A stretch of 63,801 nt of DNA, the filler included, from Olpidium bornovanus S191 (Eukaryota > Fungi > Olpidiomycota), in assembly GCA_017911155.1 (NCBI GenBank). It is 28 parts of 28 records of this genome, joined end to end, with 100 filler letters (N's around TTAATTAATTAA, not from the genome) between each part and the next. Parts side by side here need not be neighbours in the genome. Positions count along the whole stretch, not along the records: positions 35,113 to 37,441 come from JAEFCI010005347.1; positions 37,542 to 39,017 come from JAEFCI010000876.1; positions 39,118 to 43,486 come from JAEFCI010003952.1; positions 43,587 to 47,629 come from JAEFCI010005659.1; positions 47,730 to 49,205 come from JAEFCI010006737.1; positions 49,306 to 50,305 come from JAEFCI010003524.1; positions 50,406 to 54,654 come from JAEFCI010006820.1; 21 more parts are not named here. One strand, written 5' to 3'. The notes beneath the pieces are model-generated. The model had not been told where the DNA came from. It was given only the letters and a program-made list of their open reading frames with translations, and ran no database searches. Shown piece by piece: positions 36,680-51,706 of the stretch. Position numbers and translations under genes: made by a program. The stretch's first letter is position 1, and every line of letters begins with the position of its first letter.

Positions 36680-37050
36680 TCCGGGCGAGCCGTCCCGACG
36701 TCTGCTCGAATTTCATTCCAATCTGATTCATATTCACCATCTTCTCGCGTGAGAGCAACAGCAATAGTATTATCCTATTTCGAGGGTAAAGACTTGACAA
36801 ACATTTGTGCTTAATTGGGTGTTGCCGCTCGGTCCTCAGTGCCCAACTTTCCACACTTATTCTCATATTGACGCATGATCTCCTTCGGATTCTCCGCGAC
36901 TCATTCCTTGAACTTTTAACCCGGTCACGCGCGTCTTATCTTATTGCTTGAATGCAAAGCGAAGGCGCTTCTTGAAATCCTCCCATGTTCCGCTTCTTCC
37001 TTTGTAACTTTCGATCAGAACGTCATATAGCGGCCAGTAGAAACGCCTCA
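36680..37050 (-). pseudogene. Decayed LTR-retrotransposon gag
   Basis: TWEDFKKRLRFAFKQ*DKTRVT, frameshift, then PKEIMRQYENKCGKL..*AQMFVKSLP..EDGEYESDWNEI. This follows the W..FK..L..F..D..RVT / ..DW..V pattern of Ty3/gypsy gags, with three in-frame stops. Confidence 0.55.
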
Positions 37051-37541
37051 AACAATTCGGCGTGCGGGACGCCGCCAAGGCCCGCTCTCGTTCGCGGGGA
37101 GGCCGAGCGCTGCTGCTACCGCCTTACTGTTTCGCAGCGCGTTAACGTACTTACAGAAAGGACATGCGGTCGCATTCAGAGAAGAGCGCCCCGGTATTTT
37201 CAACCGCAGGGGATGTTCACGGCGGGAATGACACCTGCGTTTCAGACCATTGTTCGTCTCGTGGAATTGCCCTCTGGGCGGTTTCTGGGTTCGTGCCCTT
37301 CGCAACGCCCCGCCCCGTTCCCGGCCTCCTTGGGTCCATGTGGGTCGCTCGAACAATTTGCTTCGGTGGATCACACCACCAGGGTTGTTATGGGAGTGAT
37401 TGGTGCCAAAAAGGGACGAAAAAAGAAAAAGGACAGGCAGGNNNNNNNNNNNNNNNNNNNNNNNNNNNNNNNNNNNNNNNNNNNNTTAATTAATTAANNN
37501 NNNNNNNNNNNNNNNNNNNNNNNNNNNNNNNNNNNNNNNNN

Positions 37542-38389
37542 CATGGGAGAACGAGATTGAGTGATGAGATTTACCTCGAAAGTCTGGCTTACTGTTTTTT
37601 TTTGTTGGCGTACCGTTTCAAGTTCGGCTCGGATACCCCATTGACGGCCGAGTAGGCTTTTGAATATGCCGCCGCTATCGCTTTCCGTTCCTGAACAATT
37701 TGATGAAAGACGAGGTGGCAAGCGACGAACGTAGCGTTCAGACGAATGTATTCAATGCACAGGTCGTGCACGTTGGTCATCTGCGTCCGGAGTTCAGGAA
37801 GGTGAGCGGTCAGAAACTGAAGAGACGAGACCAAGCGGACGTGGATTTGTGGCCGTCCGCACGTGTGACGCACCGTCAACGCCTCCGACTTTTCCGCCTG
37901 CTGGAACAGGGAAAGACATCTATCGTGGAATTCCTGGAAGTCGATCAACAGCTGATATGCGGGCTGCAGCTCTGCTACTATTTCTCTCTGCTGCCTGGTA
38001 AACGCATCGAAGCCTGACGTCTGCGTGGCGACCGAGAGGCACATGTCAGCTGCCGCGGGATGATCGTCTTCCAAGAGGCCCTCGCGTGCAGTCCCACCCG
38101 CTACCTTCGCGGCGTCTGTTGGATCCGGGAATTTCTTGATGAACGACTTGACGACGGCTGCGATGGCGGGATCGGTGAAAAGCCGGTACGCCGGTTCGCT
38201 GCCCACAGCTTCCCGCGTCGACTGCGTCGCGTCTGCTGCTTGGCCTCCGGAAGCCGACGACCACTTGCGGAGTGGATCGCTCAGCACAAGCACCCGCTTC
38301 AAATTTTGAAGTCCGGTGAGGAGCCCCACTCCGTGGCTGTTGAGAAGGAGGAGGTGTTCTGCGAAGTGGAGGAAGGTCCCGTCGGCCAT
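37542..38389 (-). CDS. NCKAP1: WAVE/SCAR complex subunit Nap1/HEM, N-terminal part
   Basis: FAEHLLLLNSHGVGLLTGLQNLKR, VKSFIKKFP, YQLLIDFQEFHD, VQERKAIAAAYSKAY parallel NCKAP1 [53 protein letters not shown]. Confidence 0.93.
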
Positions 38390-39128
38390 GCTTTGTGCTG
38401 CGGGCGTCCGCAGGTCAAGCTCCCGTCGGTATCTCTCAGTTTTTGCAGAAGCGCGTTAGCGGACTCGGAGGGCGGAAGGGGGGGGCAGGGGGCCGAGGGG
38501 GGGGTTGGCAGAGTGGGGGAAAGGGAACTGCCCCCCTCCCCACAAGAGACCGCGTAAATCTGCCACCGAAATTTTGAAGTCCTTCCCAGCCACGGATGGA
38601 CTGTCAGACCAGGGCGGATGTCAGGCAGAACAGTCCACCCGCAGAAGTGCGATTCTGCTGCTTCGGCCGGGCCCTCCCACGGGCTCTTTCTCCTCCCACG
38701 GCACGTCTGCCGGCAGCTGATTCCCGTGCCGTCCCCGTCGGGTTTCCTCCAGGCTGCCTTCCCTGTCACATCGCGCTTCAATTTCTGCGGCGCGCGGAAA
38801 GCCGAACGCCGGCAACTTCCGCGAACGTTCGCCTTCTGTGCGTTGCGTGACTCTGATTTAAAACGATTTTCCGCGTACTGCTCTCCGCCCACTGCGCATG
38901 CGGGAAACTAGGCTCGAATTCCAAACAGCCGAGCCCGTGCTCGGCAGAAATTGGGGAGCAATGATGGTGTCTGCCCCCCGGTCTAAATCAGCCACCGAAT
39001 AGGAAGTCAATTTCAGCNNNNNNNNNNNNNNNNNNNNNNNNNNNNNNNNNNNNNNNNNNNNTTAATTAATTAANNNNNNNNNNNNNNNNNNNNNNNNNNN
39101 NNNNNNNNNNNNNNNNNCCCCCCCCCAG

Positions 39129-39180
<52 letters not shown>

Positions 39181-39202
39181 ACCCCCCCCCCCCCCGGGAA
39201 GG

Positions 39203-39242
<40 letters not shown>

Positions 39243-39432
39243 AAAATAAAAAAATCGGCGGATGGCGGAGTAGGGCCGCGATAACAGAGACAGAGTGGGA
39301 GGGATGAGAGAAAGAGAGAGACGAAGGGTGAATCAGCTTCAGATCACAAGCAACGGTTGATACTCTCGTCGTCGCGGATTCACGGGAATGGGGCGGCGCA
39401 TTTTTTTTTCCCCAAAAGCGTACAGCAATTTT

Positions 39433-41000
39433 TCAGAACTCACCTCGAGCCCAGAGAGAGTCAGACTCTTTCTTTTCGCATCCGTCCCCACGTTGCAGCT
39501 GCTGGTGGTGATGCGGGGAGTCGTGCGAAACGGGCCGAGATTGCTGCTGGGGCGAAGGTTTGTTCTGGTGCTGGTGAGGAGGAGCGGCGGTGGCGGTGGC
39601 CGTGGCCGTGGCGGTGGCGGTGGAGGTGGAGGTGGCGGTGGCGGTGGCGGCGGAGGTGACGGTGGAGGTGGCGGTGGAGGTGGCAGTGGCGGTGGAGGTG
39701 GCGGTGGCGGCAGTCGCGTCGGCCGGAACGCTGGCGCTCAGGCGCTCAGGCGCCGAGGCCGAGGTTTCTTCGCTCTGTGCTCCGGGGAGGGCGCGGGCGG
39801 CGGGTTCCTCGTGCGAGGAGGCCGCCGGCTGTTCGGAGGATGTCTCGTCCGCCTTCGGGCGGCTCGGGCCTCGGGGAGAGGTGCGCGGGTGTCCGTCCTG
39901 CTGCAGCTGCAGCTGCTGCGCCGTCTGCTCTTGACGCGGCGAAGCGGCCGGAGCGCCCTTCCTGGCTCGCCGTTTGGCCGACCCGCTTCCCCGCCTGGGC
40001 GACGCTCGCGCCGGCGAGCTCGCCGGGCTCGCTTCCTGAGGAGTCGGCCACTCCGACGAGATGTCGGCTTCAGAGAGGCCGGCCGCTTCGGCTTCGCCCT
40101 TGCGGGACGCGACCAGCGGAGCCGTCCCGTCAGTGCTGCTGCCGGAGGAGGACGAGGAGGCGGAATCGGAAGATTCTCCTTCTTCGGACGCCGAAATGTC
40201 TCGGGCGGAGGCGACATCGCCCCGGCGCGCGTTGGCGGTCGCGGGGGCGGGAATCGGTGGCGGGGCGGCGGTCGCGGGAAACGGTACTTCGGCCGCTTGC
40301 TGCTCGACGGCGGCGTCAGAGGGTTCGCCGGCGTTTTCGGTCGCCGCTGCCGTTTCGGAAACGTCGGCCTTCTCGGCCTTGCAGTCGCCCTTCTCCTCCG
40401 GAGCCGGCCGAACGTCCGCGAACGCGCCCTCGGGGAGGGCCGAAACGGCGCCCGCCGGCTGCAGGGCAGACCCGTCGTCGCCCGGCTGTCCTGCCGCGGG
40501 GCGATCGTACTGAGCACCCTCCTTCTTCAGATCGGCCGATGGCTCCAGAACCGCCTCGCCGTCAACCGTCGTTCCTGACACGGCCTGCGGTGGGGCGGCC
40601 TGCTGCTCCTGCCGGTCCCGATCGCCGGCGGGGCAATCGTTTTGAGCACTCTCCTTCTTCAGATCGGCCGATGGCTCCTGAACCGCCTCGCCGTCAGCCG
40701 TCGTTCCTGACACGGCCTGCGGCGGGGCGGCCTGCTGCTCCTGCCGGTCCCCATCGCCGGCGGGGCTAGGGGTTTCGTTGTTGTTGTCGGAATTGCGGTT
40801 GCGGCAGCTCTGGTAGCGGCGGCCGCCGCGGGCCCTGGCGCCGCGACCGCCGCCACTGAAGGATCCACGCTGGTTGGCGTACCCGCCGTGCTCGGGACGA
40901 CCGGCCATACCGCCGTAGACGTTACCGGCTTGGTGTTGCTGCGCGGGGCGGCTCTCGCCGGGGCCTTCGCCGTGCGAATCATGGTTCGGACGTGCCGGCT
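39433..41000 (-). CDS. Large disordered Ala/Ser/Pro/Glu/Gln-rich protein exon with an RGG segment; unidentified, 5' exons uncertain
   Basis: 491-aa or longer open frame with an RGG/RG tract, a 44-aa internal duplication and Thr-Ala repeats. No folded domain recognised; overlapping GC-rich ORFs lower the certainty. Confidence 0.55.
40500..40766. repeat. 132-bp in-frame tandem duplication
   Basis: PAGD(G/R)DRQEQQAAPPQAVSGTT(A/V)DGEAV(Q/L)EPSADLKKE(S/G)AQ occurs twice; tgagcac at 40511 and 40643. Confidence 0.92.
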
Positions 41001-42030
41001 CGTTGCAGTCCGCCTTTTTTGATCATTAGGAAAAGCGAACCGGAGACTGTCAGGCATACGTAAGCAATTCCCGGCGAAAGGAAAAAAAACTTCTTCGCGG
41101 GGAGGACCAAGCGTTATCCGACGACGGGGAAGAGGTTCGGTTCACATACCCGCCCACCGTAGGAACAACTGAGCCTTGAATTTTCTTTCACCCGGTCAGC
41201 ACGCTTCTCAAGCGGGTAAGCCTGGCGCTTCTCCCAGTCCCCGCTGGAGAAAGGCGAACGAGAAACACGTTAAGAATGATACTGAGACGAGTGGGACGTC
41301 CGTTGTTTTCCGTTTTCCCCACACACGCCACCCGTTCGCTTAAAAAATTGGCACACTAAGAAAAAAAGGAGGAGGGGCATAAAACAAAGTAAACCGTCGA
41401 CTCACGCGCACTGCGGAATTTGGTTCTGCCGCATGCGGTTGCGAGAGCGTCCGTCGTTGAGCTGCGGGAGACACCCGCCGCGGTCTTCCTCGTTGGCACC
41501 GCGGGGCGCCGGTCCCCGGAGGGCGTGTCTCTGGTTGCGCATGTCGAGTTCGGCGCCTCCCTGACGGAGAAGGTTGGAGCTGTTTCTACTGCTGTTGCTT
41601 GTCGTCGTTGCCGTGCCGCGGTGACAGCAGCAGCTGCTGCTGCAGTGGAGTTTCCCCGACGTCGGGACTCTTTGTCTAACCGGTCAGCCTGCTCACTGTG
41701 GTTGTGCCAGCCCTGTCCTCCTCGTCTTTGTTCGCCGGGGGTTGGGCTTTTTTGCGAAAATTCCTCGGTCCCCCTCCCGCTCTTATAGACGGCTCCCGCC
41801 GGTCCGGAGAGGGTCGATGCCGCCGTCGCTCAAAACGCGCCGCCGTTGCTAACCGTCTCGCCGTTGCTAACCGCGGGGCTAGCCGCTTCGCCGTTACTAA
41901 CCGGGCCTTACCGCCTCGCCATTGCCGTCGATGACGTCACTGCCGTCGCCGTTCGCGGTCGCCAGTGCCGTTGCTAACCGCGGGCCATCGTTGACGTCAT
42001 TGCCGTTGCCGTTGCCGTTGCCGTTTGCTA

Positions 42031-42130
42031 GAGCAGTCGCCCGTTTGCTGCCGTTGCCGGCCCCCCGCGGCCGCCGCCCGAGGGAGCAGTCGCCCGTTGC
42101 TGCCGTTGCCGGCCCCCCGCGGCCGCCGCT
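42031..42130. repeat. 53-bp tandem duplication next to GCCGTT/GCCGTTRCTAACCG simple repeats (41843-42030)
   Basis: gagcagtcgcccgtt(t)gctgccgttgccggccccccgcggccgccgc begins at 42031 and 42084. Confidence 0.85.
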
Positions 42131-43586
42131 CCGCTCGGGCGGCGGCCTTGGGCGCGGGGCGCGGCAGCGGCTCCTGAAGGCGCGCTCGTCCGGCCGTGGG
42201 CTGGTCGTCGGTGACCGCATCCCTGCGCAGGCGCGTCGTACCCAACGCTGCCGTTTGCCCCCCACTCCTCCTCGTCGTCCTTCCTCCGCTTCCGTTCATC
42301 CTTCCTCCTCCTCCTCCTCCTCCTCCCACCCCGCCGGTTCCTTCCTTTCCTTCCGCCAGCGGGCGGTCGGGCTTTTGAGGGGGAAAGCGCAGATAAAAAA
42401 AGGAGGAAAAAAAAAAAAAAAAAAACCAGAAGCAACCGCTCGTCACCTACCTCGCCAACTACCGAAACGCTCCCCGCGCTGTTGGAAAAACGAGGTCTGC
42501 TTGCCCAACGAAAAACGGGCGCCCTGTGCCAAAACCGTGCCAATCTTGGCCGGTTCTGCATGTGCAGACGCCGTTGCTCAGGAGGCAATACGTGGAGGTG
42601 TTTGACAAGTTGCTTAGAGAATGATTAATGCATTGAGGGGACCCATACATCTGACCCATCCAAATTCTTTTACATTCCATCCTCTTGGGAGGAAACTGCA
42701 TGGATAAATAATCAATACTCTAATAAATATGCATATTACTCGTGTGGCAGGGTTTGCCCTTTTGTGTTTGTTTTGACGGGAACCTGCTGATTGCAAAAAA
42801 AAAAAAAAAAAAAAAAAAAGGAAATGTCAGACGAGTTCAGAACTATTGAGCCGTCGAGTCAGAGGTTATGAATCCAAAAAGACTTTCCGTGACGTTCTGA
42901 GCTCCCGCCTAGCTCAGCATCGACCGCAATCTCATGATCTTTGCATTGCATTCTACCACGCTCGCGATCTTGTGATCTGGGCAACCGGAAGAAGAGTTCA
43001 ATTGTTCGCGAGCTCAGGTGTGACCCGTCAATGGCCTGCGCGACCATGCCGATCGGAAAAAGCCCTCCTGATGCGACTACGCGCGGAAGACAGACCCGGG
43101 GCCCATAGGCAGCTGCCGCAGTGATTGGAGAGCGTCCCCAGGCCGTGGCACGCACCGGAGAGGCGCCCTTGGCCGTCGCCGCACAGCCTGGGGCTGTTGC
43201 GCGGGACGCCAACAGCACTGACTTCATCACCCGTTTTTTGGGCAAAAGGAAGCGGCAAAGCTGCTGGTAGCGCACAGCGGTCGGCGCTGGCATCAACAAA
43301 AATGCCTGTATCTGCCCGACGGCAGCAGCACCGGTACGTCCGCACAGGGGCCGAGAACAATTCCGGTGGAACAGCGCTGGCCGCGATGCACACTGTGGAG
43401 AATTAATTCGTCACAGCATTGTCAACTCCAAAAAAAAATTTCGGGCAGCAGCAAGCGCAGTTCCACAGGACGCTCACGAGCATGAANNNNNNNNNNNNNN
43501 NNNNNNNNNNNNNNNNNNNNNNNNNNNNNNTTAATTAATTAANNNNNNNNNNNNNNNNNNNNNNNNNNNNNNNNNNNNNNNNNNNN

Positions 43587-47629
<4,043 letters not shown>

Positions 47630-48328
47630 NNNNNNNNNNNNNNNNNNNNNNNNNNNNNNNNNNNNNNNNNNNNTTAATTAATTAANNNNNNNNNNNNNNN
47701 NNNNNNNNNNNNNNNNNNNNNNNNNNNNNCATGCAGTCCTCTGCCGCGACCAGCTTTCGCGTTCGCTCCCGACATTTGCGCCTGGCGCCCGGTATTCCGG
47801 GTATGCGCGGAACACAGTTCGTCCCGGCTCAAACAAAAGCACTTCAGCAGCGAGCGCATCAGGTCAACCAAAACAAAAGCGCCGAGAGGTGCTGCTTTTT
47901 TGGGATTGCACGCGGAAATCCAGTAGACGGCCCTCTAGCGGCTCCCATCGGCGGCCCAACCGTCCTGTTCTTCACAGCCGAGGCGTTAACGCACCTGAAT
48001 GCCGTTTTTGCGTCGTGCGGCGGCCCCGCTCCGCGCCGTCCCCTCACTCTTCCCGCACACGCCCCTCGCCCGGTCCCCTCCCCGCCATTTTTCGCCATTC
48101 CTCGCCCTCCCCCCCCTCCCACAGATGTGAAGTTCCCAAAGTTTCGCCAATCGTCGCGAATAATGTCGTTACAAACGTGATGTTTTCGGACGGCCGTCAT
48201 ACATTCACTTATCGCGGAAATGAACTGCCGAAAAAGCCGAAGTATCTTCCAGCGGCCGCCTGATGAAGCGAGACAGCCACTTGGCCTGGCACGTTGGGAT
48301 TCCGTCGCTTTGCATACCGAATCCAATC

Positions 48329-49205
48329 CTACAGGCACCCGTGCGTTTCTTCGCCTTTATGAGAAACGCATGCGGAGGCTGCGTGGCGGTTGATATTTCC
48401 GTCGGGTAAAGCAGAGCGCTGAGATGGACCACGGCGGCCTCCGTCCAACGATATGCGCATACGTTTCAACTGGAGCAGGATACGGAGAACATTTAGCCAA
48501 ATCATCTGTGGGGGGAGGGGGGTGCGCGTTTTTCATGCGAGGAGTGATGCACCTTTATTGCGCACGCTGCGGCTGAGCGGCCAGGCAGACTCTTAAGCAA
48601 TTTCGACCAGCTTGGGCGTTCCTCGATTTCGGTGACGCAGGAAACGAGCTTTTGGACCTCTGCCTCGGACCATTTTGCCGGTTTGCCGATATTGCTCCTA
48701 TACTCACCAATATTTGGTACAGGAAAATGGACGCCCCGCGACTCTAAACGTTTGTGGAACTGAGCCACCAATCAGACACCAATTTTTTACCGTTTCGTAT
48801 TGCTTACATAACAGTAACGCACCCTTTGACTGCAGGCAAGTGGGGTGCGCCCAAGCACCTCGCTAATATAGATCCAGTCGGCTTGTTGCCTTAGCAGTCG
48901 CAACCGATTCAGCAGTTCATTATCATCTGTGCTCCACCTTCTATAATGTTTTCCAGGAAGCGGATCAGAGTACGGAGTATGTTTGGGCAGTTCGCACTCC
49001 ACGGGACAGCCTATCTGACCCGGGTGTTTCCGCAGAATGTTGAGAACGTCTTGCGTCATTCGACGTGTGGGAGAGGTCAGTTGGCACTGCGGATTAAGAA
49101 TGGTGCTGGAAGCGGACTGATTTCTCACTGACGTTGTATAGCCGACACCGAACGACCCGGCAGGCGTGCGACAAGCCCTTGCGTCGATGTACCGTGGCTC
49201 ACATG
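48329..49205 (-). CDS. Myb/SANT-repeat protein, spliced, 5'-partial
   Basis: ..LPGRSVSAIQRQ / RRWSTDDNELL..DWIYISEVLGRTPLACSQR / KWSEAEVQKL..SWSKLLKSLPGRSAAACAIK / LKRMR. A 48-nt GTAAGC..CTGAT..CAG intron removes the in-frame stops near 48755-48790. Confidence 0.75.
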
Positions 49206-49305
49206 NNNNNNNNNNNNNNNNNNNNNNNNNNNNNNNNNNNNNNNNNNNNTTAATTAATTAANNNNNNNNNNNNNNNNNNNNNNNNNNNNNNNNNNNNNNN
49301 NNNNN

Positions 49306-49971
49306 GATTGCGATTGCGGGACTGCAGAGCGCACGAACCATTTTTGTGCTGGTTTCCAAACCCCACGCGAAGTGCAAATCGGTCGGCGCGGCTTACATAC
49401 GCGCTCTAGTGCCGGACGTCGTCATGTATGTCACAAGATTCCAAGGTCCACAAACGGAAGGCAAGGATGTCGCTGTGGCCGAAGAGGCAATACGAACCCT
49501 GACAGCCATGGGTGTTGTTGCCGGAGAAGAGGAGAGTACGTGGATCTCAAACAACACGCGCCGCGTATGTTTCGGCTCGAGAGCGAGCCGCCCTGCTAAT
49601 TCTGTCGTTTTGCGGGGCACGGGATTCCGGTTCTCGAAGGAACCGTGGTGTTAGCGCTCGTCGTTCCAGTTTTGATCCAACTTCTCGACCCGCACCCGGA
49701 CGGCCGGCGGCCGTCCGCAATTCACAACGCCGCGCTGGCGACGCTGCTGTCGCTCGCGGGACAGTCGCCCGACCCGTTCAGGAGGGTGGCGGCGGCTCTG
49801 CACGAGCGGCCGCGAGGGGTCCTGGAAACGGCGCTGCGGGCGAACGTGGCGGCGAACCAGAACGGGTTTTTCGAACGGGCGGGAGGCGGCGCCGCCAGAG
49901 CGGCGGAGAACGGCGCGGGCGGCGGCGAGCTGCCCAGCATACGGCTGAAAACGTTCGCGAGTTTTGCGTAA
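49306..49971 (+). CDS. LAA1: HEATR5/Laa1 AP-1 accessory protein, C-terminal exons
   Basis: YIRALVPDV..EEAIRTL / LALVVPVLIQLL..IHNAALATLLSLAGQSPDPFRRV..RGVLETALR..LPSIRLKTFASFA* matches the HEATR5/Laa1 C-terminal pattern. Confidence 0.8.
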
Positions 49972-50749
49972 TCGGAGTTTTCCACGAGCCCTGCATCACG
50001 CACGCACCGCTGGCCCCCTCCCCCCCCCCAATTCCGCTCCGCCCCCCATCGGTACTTTGCATCAGAATTGGATACTCCGGAGTGCTCATAAATATGCCAT
50101 CATGGGGGGATTCATGTAGGAAATCTTTCACTGGGAAAATCCTATCGCCCCATCCACATAATCCTAATTTTTTTTTTGTTTTTTTGTACGTCAGACAAGC
50201 ATCATTCCGTTTCGTGGTTCTCCTTCCCGGCATATCCTCGCGGGGGTTTTGCTGTTGAAACGCCGAACAGACGGGCAGAGTCGCGGCCGGGAAACCCCCC
50301 CCCCCNNNNNNNNNNNNNNNNNNNNNNNNNNNNNNNNNNNNNNNNNNNNTTAATTAATTAANNNNNNNNNNNNNNNNNNNNNNNNNNNNNNNNNNNNNNN
50401 NNNNNACAGGAATATATTTCCTTACTACACCTGGTGAATAGTACATTATGGTTTTTTTTTTGGCTTTGTTCCCAGCAGAGCATACCAGAGTAAATCCTGT
50501 CACACTCTTAAAAAGTGAAGCATGAGCCAGATTGTGATTGTAACAGAGCTCTTTATTGCCATACGCCAACGGCGTGATCTGGATGACAGTGAGCTGAAAA
50601 GAACTACGTCTAGCTCGAGGTCAGGTTTCTAGGTCTGGATCTGGGAACTATGTTCTTGCAGGAAAAAGGGTTTTCAAGATCTGGGTGCTTTATATAAGCC
50701 AAGGTCTGCAGCCTATGCCGCGCTGTGCGGCGCCCCAGCATGTACACAA

Positions 50750-50829
50750 TGCGGCATGGCGCGCACGCGGTGCGGCATGGTGCGCGCTGTGCGGTATGGT
50801 GTACACTCGGTGCGGCATGGTGCACGCGG
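50750..50829. repeat. ~20-bp minisatellite (4 degenerate units)
   Basis: tgcgg(c/t)atgg(c/t)g core repeated at 19-21-bp spacing. Confidence 0.85.
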
Positions 50830-51072
50830 CGCCGCATGCTGGAATGCAATATCCGGTATTGCGGCTCCAGAACTGGCGTTGGGCTCAGGAATATTCCGAG
50901 CCGCACAGCGTGTGGGAAATTCGCCGATATTGCGGCCGTGGCGCCACCACGCTGGTTAGCCACTGCGCTGGCTCCCACTGCTAGACACACGGCGTGCAGA
51001 AGGGTCACGTGCCCGGTTCTACTGGGCCACGCCCAGTGTGCCTGGCGGCCGCACCCGGTGGGGCTGGCGACG

Positions 51073-51157
51073 GTGCCCGGTGTGCCTGGCAGCGGCGCCC
51101 GGTGTGCCCGGTGTGCCCGGTGTGCCCGGCGGCCGCCCGGCGGCGGCGCCCGGCGGC
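51073..51157. repeat. 9-bp GCCCGGTGT/GCCCGGCGG minisatellite
   Basis: gcccggtgt repeated four times, followed by gcccggcgg(c) variants. Confidence 0.8.
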
Positions 51158-51706
51158 GGCACAGCCGTGACACAGATCCTCAAGGTCCGCCGAGCTCCAC
51201 GAGACGCCATCGCAACGGTAAGGACATGACAAGTACGGGGCAAAAAGCAATAACGAACATCCCGGCAGCTCCGCTCCCATCGAACAACTCTCTGTCGAAA
51301 GGGGTGAAGGCAATTCATTGGAGAGCAACGATCGGCGAGCACGACCATCCTAAAGATAACAAGAAAAACAAAATACAATCATATGCGAGCGAAGAGACAG
51401 GCACAAAAAAATGACAACTGAACCTTTGCCAAGATTGAAAGCCCACGAAGACCACTCGGAGATACAAAATATACAAAACAGGGAGAGAAAATTCGAGATG
51501 CCAAGAGACCGTTCGAAAGTATGCGACAAAACAAAGTTCCCAAGAAAAGGCTGCATACTGAAAACTCCGGCTCTTCGGGCGCCAGGGCGGCTTTCTCACA
51601 CGTCCTGACACTGAGTGACTGCTCGGAACGCGGCGAACTGCTGCAGGGTGCAGTAAGCACAGTAAGAGCTCTGTCACGCAGGTACGTGAAGGGAGGGGAT
51701 CCGTAC

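Noticed and set aside
21601-36814. ORFs with poly-Lys/Phe/Pro/Gly tracts (e.g. 21601, 23242, 28063, 30215, 33828, 35057, 36280)
   Set aside because: They are translations of homopolymer runs or spacer Ns, not proteins.
48755-48790. In-frame TAA/TGA in Myb copy 2 aligning to Leu/Trp codons in copy 1 (suggesting readthrough or an alternative genetic code)
   Set aside because: Both stops fall within a 48-nt GTAAGC..CTGAT..CAG intron. All other genes here use the standard code.
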